Assembly (NCBI RefSeq): GCF_030028105.1
Contig: NC_092379.1
Location: 28,141,821-28,205,820, forward strand
Origin: Mobula birostris
Lineage: Eukaryota
Length of the DNA stretch: 64,000 bases
Reading direction: 5' to 3'
In this document: positions 39,063 to 49,015 of the stretch, one piece after another
How the letters are laid out: each line of letters starts with the position of its first letter
How positions within the stretch are numbered: position 1 is the first letter of the stretch
The notes under the pieces: generated by a model
Database searches by the model: none
Told to the model about the DNA's origin: nothing
The model's input: only the letters and a program-made list of their open reading frames with translations
Translations under genes and position numbers: made by a program

Positions 39063-40990
39063 TTAACCATATAACCATATAACAATTACAGTACGGAAAC
39101 AGGTCATCTCGGCACTTCTAGTCCGTGCCGAACTCTTACTCTCACCTAGTCCCACCGACCTGGACTAAGCCCATAACCCTCCATTCCTTTCCTGCCAATA
39201 TAACTGTCCAGTTGAACTTTAAACCACAACATCGAACTTGCTTCAACCACTTCTGCTGGAAGCTCGTCCCACACAGATACCACTCTCTGAGTAAAGAAGA
39301 TCGCCGTCATGTTACCCCAAAACTTTTGTCCTTTATCTCTCAGCTCGTGTCCTCTTGTTTGAATCTCCCCCACTCTCAATAGAAACAATCCTATCCACGT
39401 CAACTCTATCTATCCGCCTCATAATTTTAAATACCTCTATCAAGTCCCCCCTCAACCTTCTATGTTTTAAAGAATAAAGACCCAACTTCTTCAACCTTTC
39501 TTTGTAACATAGGTGACAAAACCTAGGTAGAATTCTCGTAAATCTTCTCTGTACTCTCTCCATTTTGTTGACATCTTTCATATAATTCGGTGACCAGAAC
39601 TGTACACAATACTCCAAATTTGGCCTCTAACAATGCCTTGTACAATTTCAACATTATGTTCCAACACTGATACTCAATGCTCGGATTTATAAAGGCCAGC
39701 ATACGAAAAGCTTTCTTCACCACCCTATCCACATGAGATTCCACCTTCAGGGATCTATGCACCATTATTCCTAGATCCCTCTGGTCCACCTCATTCCTCA
39801 ATGCCCTACCATTTACCATGTGCTTCCTATTTTTATTAGTCCTACCAAACTGTAACACCTCAAAGTTATCGTCATTAAACTCCATCCGCCATCTTTCAGC
39901 CCACTCTTCTAACTAGCGTAAATCTCTTTGCAAGCTTTGAAAACCTACTTCATTATCCACAACTCCACCTAGCTTCGTATCATCTGTATACTTATTCATC
40001 CAACTTACCACGGCATCATCAGATCATTAATGTATATGACAAACAACATTGGAACCAGTACAGATCCCTAAGGCACACCACTAGTCACTGGCCTCCAATC
40101 TGACAAACAGTTATCCACCACTACTCTCTGGTGTCTTCCATCCAGCCACGGTTGAATCGTTTTTACTACTGCAATACTAATATCTATCGATTGAACATAC
40201 CTAACTAACCTTCCGTGTGGAACCTTGTCAACGGCCTTACTTAGGTCCATATAGACAACATCCACCGTTTTACACTCGTCAACTTTCCTAGTAACCTCTT
40301 CAAAAAGTTCAATAAGATTTGTCAAACATGACCTTCCACGCACAAATCTTAATGAGACCCTGTCTCTGCAGTTAATTATATATACTATCTCGAAGAATAC
40401 ATTACATCAATTTTCCCACCACTGACGTCAAACTCACAGGCCGACAATTGCTAGGTTTACTCCGAGAACCCTTTTTTTAAACAATGGAACAACATGAGCA
40501 ATACGCCAATCTTGCGGCACCATCCCCGTTTCTCATGACATATGAAATACTTCTGTCAGAGCCCCTGCTATTTTCACAATATAAAACTTCCCTCAAGGTT
40601 CGAGGTAATACCTTGTCAGGACCCGGAATGTTATCCACTTTGATATTCCTTAAGAGCGCCAGTATTTCCTCTTCTTTAATCATCATAGTTACCATAACGT
40701 CCCTACCTATTTCCCTTACCTTACACAATTCTACATCCTTCTCCTTAGTGAATACGGAAGAAAATCAATTGTTCAGAATCTCCCCCATCTGTTTTGGCTG
40801 CACACATAGTTGTCCACTCTGATTCTCTAAGGGACCAATTTTATCCCTGACTAACTTTTTGCTATTAATATAACTGTAGGAACCTTTGCGATTTATGATC
40901 ACCTTACTTGCCAAAGCAAAGTCATATATTCTTTTAGCTTTTCTAATTCATTTCTTAAGATTCTTTTTCCATTCATTATATTCTTTGATT
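39063..40990 (-). mobile_element. CR1 LINE, truncated and internally deleted
   Basis: Minus-strand RT motifs (RGRSCLTNLIELFEEVT, EYCVQFWSP) and an ATATGGTT tail of the same subfamily as 47472-59850. Confidence 0.9.
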
Positions 40991-43903
40991 AGGTTCCGGA
41001 AAAATCAGGATTGTCAGTGTTTTCTGGGGTGGTGCAGTTCGAAGGGCTGGAGTGGGTTATTCTGCGCTGCATCATGAAATAAACAACTAAATACAACTTG
41101 CAAGGAATTAAAACAACATTTACTAATGAAGAGACATGGTAAATAAATAGGTGCATAACCGATTGCCAACCAGACAACAATACTTAATGTATTTTATTTT
41201 CTCTAGAAACACTCAAATTGCATTTTGATTTTTTCGCTTCCAAACTGGGAATTTTATTTTAAACTCAATGGCCAATTGGAACGTATTTTCGTGAACTGTT
41301 TCTTTTTAACAAGATGAGTTGAAAGCGTGTGGAAAGCAGTTCACAATTTATATTGCAAATACAAACTACTCACCAGTCATTTCGTGGGAAGGAGAGTGGA
41401 ACATCCTGGGAAATCGGTGATATCACGCCCTCAGCCTTTCGAAACCTCCAGCGTTCATCCAGTTCCAGCTTCCGCTCCATAAAACGGTGTGTAAAAATCT
41501 GAAATTGCATGAATTTCATGAGTAGTCGTCAGTGATACTGGAGAACTCCGAGTCTTCTCTTCCAATATCCAGCAAGGAGTGCATGCGAATATGAAGATCT
41601 CGATAATGATTCCGGCCAGACACGCCGAATGCTCGCTCCTTCCCATACATGTTGCATGGTCGCTGAGTTAGTACTGCATTTTTTGTGTATTCCGTTCAAG
41701 TTTTCTGCCTGGCATATTATGCTCATGCTGCGCAAATATAAAGAATGAAAGAAAATAACAATAAACAAACTACGGGGAAAAATGTCTGCTACATTTCGCA
41801 TTCTCTTAATCATTCCTAATCTCGCTGAAACATCGAAGAAGCAATTCCTCAAGATCGTGTTGTAACACTGCCGACTCCACCGACTGCCGCACCGCTTTTC
41901 CCTACCTTTTTCGAATTTTTTCTCGTTAATCATTCCATATCACTTTTCAAGACACGAAAATGCCGTGAATTGGTAGGTTCTGCATTCGAATCGGCGAACG
42001 CGAGAGAGCTCCATCTTATCATCTTTGCGATCTCCAGTTGGCAGCAGTTTTAAACAACAAACCGCCGCGAGTAGATGCCTTATTTTCTCAATCGGCGAAC
42101 CTGTCAGAGCTATGTTTTCTCACGCATTGTATCTCCGATAAGCTCTGGTTAAAAGATCAAACAGCCGCCAGTTGATGCCGTGTATACTCAATAGGCAAAC
42201 TTGAGTGATCTACGTCTCAACACGGTTCGGATCTCCACCTGGCGGGAATTTAAATACATATTTCATTAATTTCCATTTCCAACAGTTCGCATACGTGATT
42301 GTTCATTGCACATCGTAGCCGAGATTTCACATACATCATTTTCAATTTACTTATTTCTGTATTATTTTATTCACTCATTCATTCATTCATCTTTTGATTA
42401 AGTACCTACATAATTAAATTATTTATTGTTTGTTTATTTATTTGCTTAAATTTCAGTACAGTTGGTGGAATAATATGCAAGATTATGAAAGACAAATCGG
42501 TAACTGTGGAGGTACAAGAAAATTAAGTTCTGCAGAGTATTTGTGGTGAGATCTCACCGAACCCCAGTGTAATAACAAAACCCTAGAAAAATCTACGTTC
42601 AATACTAAAACAGTGTATTAGTCTTCCTATTCGACTGTGGCACTTTGTATTTCCACTTTTCCCTCAACCATGAGCTTTTTCCAGCCTCACCAGTATTAAA
42701 TACACACTTTGTTTTTTTTTTATTGTAGCTCTGCAGAGCAGTACCTCACATTCGATGTAATTTGTTGCATTTGCCTTGCGTAGGCGCTGAGCTTCTCTTT
42801 GTTTTCTTCTGGCCTCTTTAACCCGAGGTTCCTTCAGCTAGAACAGAGGAAGTAGTGAAGTACAGCATAATATTGAACCTTCGGAGTGCGGTGTGCTGGA
42901 GACCGATATAAATCGGTTCATGATCCTTCTAACGTTTCGCCACACCCTGCATTTACCTTTGTCCTCCATTTATCCTATATCGACATGGCAGAAAATTTCT
43001 CTAATATCAGTTTATCAGTCTCTACCTGCAACAGCTGCTGCAGAATCTAGAATTTTACAGGAGGTTTGCATTGGAATTCTCCAAGAATGATGATGATGAT
43101 GATGATGATGATAATAATAATAATAATAATAATAATATATCAATAATATTACGATATAACCACTGACATCTCAGTAAAACCGTCTTCCACTCAACTTACT
43201 GCAAAGCCGCTGTCTCTTGCGCTGTCTTTTTCCGCAGTGGATATCAACTTCATTTTATCCAAAACAGACTTCCAGATTTTCCAAACCCCTGGACACAAAC
43301 GACAAGATTGACAACGAATGTAAATAGAAGGGAAAGAAGTGTTGCCTGTTTTAAGCCTTTGGTCTAGCACACTCAAATTGAAACTGCTTGGCTGCAGATT
43401 TCCTCTCATCCATACTTTCTGTGGAAGAACAGTAGCCATGAGGAATTGGTGCATCCACAGGCTGAATGTGCCATCAGACTCTTCCGAGGCTGAGGGAGAG
43501 TATGTCTGCCCATCCCGCGTACATGCCGTCAAGATCAGAGCATAGACTGATTTTCGTCAGAAAATATAAGAACTGAAACATACTTGAAAACTCGGGGCAC
43601 ACGTTACAACATCAATAAAGAACAAATAACCGTTTTTTTCGGAAGAAAACTGTCCGGTTCAAGGCGAATAATTCAGACTCGTCAATTTATAGGCCATCTC
43701 CGCCAGTCAGGTTGAACGATAGGAAGTCATGGGTGGGGCTTCCTTACTCGGTTCAAAGACACGAAACAGAAACAAAACCAACAACTGTCCCTCAACAACC
43801 TGTTGTGAAGAGTTTACTGTCCGTATTTGAAGTACATTCTACCATAAATCTGCAGGCCGTGAGCTTCATCTCCTCGACACTTCAGCAATATTCCTTGTTG
43901 ACG

Positions 43904-44378
43904 ATGGGAGTCTTCTTTGTTTTCACACTCTGGCTCTGCTTACGGCGTGAGTACCTTTCACACATCCGCATTACATTTACTTTAAATCTGTCTGAGCCCT
44001 CTGAGATTCAACCAGCATAGATTATTCGTGTGGTTCGTGTATGACTGCAACTTACATTTCTCCGTTTTTTTGTTGTATTCCTAGGTTCATTGAGTCAGTC
44101 CGTGACTCAGAGCCCATCCATTGTAAACTCGAATGAGTGTCAGACTGCCACCATCACCTGCAGTTTCAAGCCTGGTTTTACTGGTACATATCGCTTTCTC
44201 ACTGGAAAATTCTTCAGGCAGACCAACTCAGCGACCGAACGGAAAGAAGTTACCCGCGGGGGAAGATTTTTTCCTTTGATTAAGAAAACTGACATGCGGT
44301 TTTCTTTGGAAATTCGGGACCTGCGATTGGAAGACAGCGGCACCTATTACTGTCAAGCTGTGTACAGATGGAATGCAG
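43904..44378 (+). CDS. NAR-TCR V segment 2, apparently intact: leader exon 43904-43946, V exon 44085-44378
   Basis: MGVFFVFTLWLCLR|RSLSQSVTQSPSIVNSNECQTATITC...KFFRQ...GGRF...FSLEIRDLRLEDSGTYYCQA. There are 47 residues from the W41-equivalent to Cys104, the CDR2-less spacing of IgNAR V, with GGR, FSL and EDSGTY in register. Confidence 0.92.
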
Positions 44379-44416
44379 CACAATGATGGGCTTCGGCTTC
44401 GCGCTGTACAAAAACT
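44379..44416 (+). promoter_or_regulatory. RSS of NAR-TCR V2 (22-bp spacer)
   Basis: CACAATG, 22 nt, ACAAAAACT. Confidence 0.93.
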
Positions 44417-44744
44417 TTCACTGTAGCATATTCCTGATTCAAACGGAGCACAATAGATCTGTGGTTAAGCTCATCTTCCTGTCTCGCTGTGGATCCGTCC
44501 TACAGTCCAGCTAACTGTCAGTTTTTTTTTTTCTAATCATGTACAGTCTTTATGTACCCACCTCGCGTGTGCGCAGGTTTTGCTCCCTACCTGAAGCATG
44601 TGTCAATAAATGTCGACAGAGAATTAAAAAAAAAACACATTCTTGTCGCCAACGAGAGGCAGAATCGTTCCTGAACACTTGGAACCAGAAAACGCCAGCG
44701 CTGCGAATTTAATTCCTGTTCGAATCTTTCATTGATTCGCCAGC

Positions 44745-44816
44745 AGATTTCAAATTCACGTAAGGTACTGTGTATATTTCGGAACGAACACAGTGGAAGA
44801 GATCTGAACAAAAATA
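44745..44816 (+). other. NAR-TCR D segment 2 (coding 44773-44788) with 12/12 RSSs
   Basis: AGATTTCAA-12-TACTGTG [TATATTTCGGAACGAA] CACAGTG-12-ACAAAAATA. Frames YISER, IFRNE and YFGT are all open. Confidence 0.87.
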
Positions 44817-45166
44817 GAAAATAATAAATATATAAATAACTCATTGTTTAAACGAGTTATTCTCCATATCCCATACAAAAAAAATACTAACCTGGCGTTG
44901 TTAACCTTCTAATCTGTTTATATTATTTTAAATTTCAATATTGCATATGTATTTTTGATTGACACGTATGCTATGTGTTTTTTTATCTTTTCGGAATCGG
45001 TGTGCAGTGCGTGTTCCTATTTTATTTTAATTTGGTTTTGCTTTCTCACAGAGAGCATATCGACCTGCCGGCAAATGGGGAATATTCTTGCTATGTGTTG
45101 CATTAACAACCCTCGAAACATTGGGAAGCCTATTGTAGCGTTTCCTAAGCAGATTCACGTGAGTGT

Positions 45167-45263
45167 AGTTGTTGTATAGTGGAGACTGAGAACAGAATCA
45201 TTGTGTATGAATGGGAGACTCATACTCTAGATGGAAAAGGGACAACGGTCACCGTCAGACCCG
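45167..45263 (+). other. NAR-TCR J segment 2 (coding 45206-45263) with 23-bp RSS
   Basis: AGTTGTTGT-23-CATTGTG, then YEWETHTLDGKGTTVTVRP (NAR-type DG.G motif) and a phase-1 donor GTAAGT. Confidence 0.93.
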
Positions 45264-46262
45264 GTAAGTATCCAGAGACATCGCCCATTCTTCAAATATC
45301 TCACCCATTTTCACTATCGTTTGATAGATGATCGATTGATTTAAAATCTTGTGTGGTGTGATTCTGTAAACTGAATCTACACTCAGTGTGTAGAAAGGCA
45401 AGGTGGTAAGCTGAATTAATAGAGTGAAATGGAGAGGAAAATTTCTACTATGAGTAAGGATGAAATGCTGGTGTCATCGTCGCAGAATGAATCCAACCGA
45501 CTGCTGTCAGACTGTGGGAAATATTGTTAGCAGCTTAAGGTATAAACCGCAAGCAGAATATATATATATATATATGAATATGTCACCGAAATGCAAGAAA
45601 GAATGAATCTTGTTTTCTCCAATTTATTCTCAAACAGTACAGTGAATTGCATAACCAATTGATGAAAAATTAAGAAAAATGGGAACAAAACCTTTATATC
45701 GCCGTGTGCTAAACTCCATTGAAAATAAATCTTCGCCTTCAGCTGCTTAGAAAATTATCTGACCAATCTGTCCCGTTCAGTCTCATTACTGTGAAGAACA
45801 TGTTACAATGCAAGAGGCTGTATGTTATTTGAAAAAAAAGAAGCAATTCTGGGTGGAGCATCTATCATTTCGAAAAATAAAACAGAAAAATCCATCATTA
45901 TTCCGACTGAAACTGACCTTTAAAATAAACACCACAAAATTGATATAAAGGCGTTCGGCCCACTTTATGTTTGTAGGCTCTCTGCAACTGTTCCATGAAA
46001 TTAGTTCTTCCTTCTGCATAGATGTCCAAAATATGAAACATGTTTTGATAATAGCAAGATCTCCGCAATTTAGCACGAGTCCCTGATTTTATTTCACTGC
46101 AGCAATTCAGATAATAATTATCAACGACAATAAATATTGTTTACTCACAGTTTAAACGCAACAAGTTTGCGTGAGAGAAAAATCTCCTTAACGTATTTAG
46201 GACGTTTTTTTTTCTGACAGTTATCGGTAAATCAGCAGTAATCTTCTTTTACGTTCATACAG

Positions 46263-46565
46263 AATCAATTTTACCAGCGTCTCAGACCCCTGAACTGCAA
46301 ACTACACTTGCCGATACTGCCATTATAACCTGTGGATATGACGTGTATTGTCGCAACACACTGCACTGGTATCGCCAGCTTCCAGGGCAGGCACCCATAT
46401 TCCTGCTCCAGGGTCAAACTTTCGGACCACAAGATAAGACAAAACATGCCGGGGAACGAATTACTGGTTTTGTCGATCCTGGTAAGAAAATCAGCCAGCT
46501 GACGATCTCCAAAGTGCAACTGGGCGACGCTGCTGTGTATTACTGTGCAATGAGTCCGTTTGCAG
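46263..46565 (+). CDS. Leaderless supporting TCR-delta-like V segment 2, intact
   Basis: Phase-1 acceptor puts it in frame with J2: (E)SILPASQTPELQTTLADTAIITCGYDVYCRNTLHWYRQLPGQAPIFLLQG...LTISKVQLGDAAVYYCAMSPFA. Canonical C23, W41 and C104, plus an extra CDR1 Cys. Confidence 0.93.
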
Positions 46566-46604
46566 CACTGTGATGCCGCGCATGGACAGCGCTGTTCAAG
46601 AACT
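46566..46604 (+). promoter_or_regulatory. 23-RSS of supporting V2
   Basis: CACTGTG, 23 nt, TCAAGAACT. Confidence 0.9.
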
Positions 46605-46626
46605 AGCATGATTCTCGTTACAAGCA

Positions 46627-46665
46627 CACAGTGCTGGTAAGCAGCGAGAGAACAATACAAAAACT
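46627..46665 (+). promoter_or_regulatory. Second 23-RSS downstream of supporting V2
   Basis: CACAGTG, 23 nt, ACAAAAACT (consensus heptamer, 8/9 nonamer). Confidence 0.85.
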
Positions 46666-48831
46666 CATTTGGTTTTATCATGTAGATACACCACAGCCGA
46701 GCACGGAGACAACGGCAAGAAACCGCAGTGTGGTTGGATTTTTAGTAGAATGATAACAGAGGAAATAAAAGTACCACAATCAACACCCAGAATATGCTGG
46801 GAGAAATCATTATGTCCTGATGGAAGTTCTTGGTTCGAAACATCATTTCCACAGAAGTTGCCGGATCTACCGACTCCTCAAATTTCTACTTATCGAAGAC
46901 ACGCAATATTCAAGAATATATTCCTGGAGCAAAGAGGCATGATTGCCTTCAGGAAATTCACATTTTAGCTCAGAAGTGCGTAAGGCATAGCAACAGAATT
47001 GGGCCAATCAGCCTATCGACAGTTGTGAAGGAAAGCACAAGCATAAAAGGTTCTACGATGAGTTGTTTTTGTGCACAGTGTAAAGATTATTAACCCTGAT
47101 GCACTTTGTTACAAAGAATCTGCTCCAATATTTCACGGAATTAGATACACTGAAACAGGTTGATAGTTCATAAACTTTAAAGTGAACAGTGTTATAAGGA
47201 AAATAATCAATAAACGGCTGGGCCTAATTGGGGTGTTAACTAAAACTCACAAATGGGAAACGAGGCCTATACTGCGACTGAAAAGGAAATCTAAACATTA
47301 TCAGAATATCGCTTGTCGTCAGAACCAGTTGACTCGAAAGTCCAATTTCTCAGAGAAGAGCGAAAGCAAACAGGCAGCGAAGCTCTGCTGTGGTATGTCC
47401 AAGTCTCGGTAAGTATGAGGACGACAAGTATGGAGTTAAATACTATCACGTTTAAATAATAATCTAGAATAGCCCAGTGGCTGTGCCCCTTTGCAATATG
47501 TACTTCTGTTTGAGTACTGTTGGTGGGGGGCGGGGAACAGCTTACCTAGGAGAACCAACAGTGGCCGTGCCTCCGACACAGTGCCTGGCCCTGTAGCTCA
47601 GAAGGGCAGGGAAAGGAAGACGAGGGCAGTCGTAAAAGGGGACTTGATAGTTAGGGGGTCAGATAGGCGATTCTGTGGACGCAATCAGGACTCCGGGATA
47701 TTAGTTTGCCTCCCTGGAGCCAGAGCCCGGGATGTCTCTGATCGTGTCCAAGGTATCCTGAAGTGGGAGGGTGAGAAGTCAGAGATCGTGGTAGCCATAG
47801 ATACCAATTACATAGGTAGGAAATTCATATGGAGTTAGGATGGGAGTTGAGAAGAAGGACCGCAAAGGTAGTAATCTCGGGATTTCTGCCAGTGACAATC
47901 GACAGTGAGATTAGGAATGGAATGAGGTGGAGGACAAATGCGTGGCTGAGAGATTGGAGCAGGGGTCAGGGATTCTAGGTTCTGGATCATTGGGACCTCT
48001 TTAGGGGCAGGTGTGACCTGTACCAAAAGGACCGGTTGCACTTGAATCCTAGTGGGACAAATATCCTGGCAGGGATATTTGCGAAGGCTACTGGGGAGAC
48101 TTGAAACTAAAATGGTTGGGGGGGTGGGAATCAAATTGAAAAGGCGAGGATAGAGGAGGTTAGTTCATAAATAGAGGAAGCTAGTAGACTGTGTGTGAAT
48201 GAGGATAGGCAGGGGACAGAGAACGGGAGCACTCAGACCGAAAATGTATTCGAGAGGGAGAAGAAGATAACAGAGTTGTTGGCACCATTAGGGATAAACA
48301 GAGAGTAAGAGGTGGAGACTTTCTTAAATGCATCTGTTTTAATGCTAGGAGCATTGTAAGAAAGGTAGATGAGCTGAGGGCATGGGTTGATACCTGGAAA
48401 TATGATGTTCTAGTTATTAGTGAAACATGGTTGCAGGAGGGGTGTGGTTGACAACTAAGTATTCCTGGATTTCGTAGCGTCAGGTGTGCTGGAATCGGAA
48501 GGAGCATGAGGGGCATGTGTTGCATTGCTTGTCATAGAAAATATTAAAGCGGTGCTTTGGCAGGGTAGATTAGAGGACTCGTCTAGGGAGCCTACTTGGG
48601 TGGAATTGAGGAATGGGAAACGTGTAATAACGCTAGCAGGGGTGTATTATAGACCACCTAATGGCGAGCGAGAATTGAAGGAGCAAATTTGTAAGGAGAT
48701 AGCAGATGTTTGTAGTAAGCACAAGGCTGGAATCGTGGAGGATATTAATTTTCCACTCATAGACTAGGTGCGGCGGGGTCCTGAATTACCCCTATGAGCT
48801 GTGCTCGATTATCCCTATGAGTGTGCTTTTG

Positions 48832-48833
<2 letters not shown>

Positions 48834-48908
<75 letters not shown>
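48834..48908 (+). repeat. (GA)n microsatellite
   Basis: Pure GA run inside the solo LTR. Confidence 0.98.
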
Positions 48909-48910
<2 letters not shown>

Positions 48911-49015
48911 ATTTAACACCAACAACTTGTTTTTAAAAGAGAGAGAGAGAAATGAAGACTGCTCACAGTTTGTTTATACTTTCTTCAAGGATATTTGCCT
49001 GCTTCTACATTTCTT

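Larger units (their letters stand above)
41421..47017 (+). repeat. Segmental duplication copy 2 (NAR-TCR cassette 2)
   Basis: Colinear with 32042-37594. Confidence 0.95.

Noticed and set aside
43191-43532. Antisense ORF open in both duplicated copies (also 33842-34168), with a DGTFS motif and a GTAAGT donor suggesting an Ig C1 exon
   Set aside because: It lacks C1-set Cys/Trp spacing, nearly all differences between copies change amino acids, and the copies differ by a 1-nt indel at the 5' end. This fits non-coding DNA.
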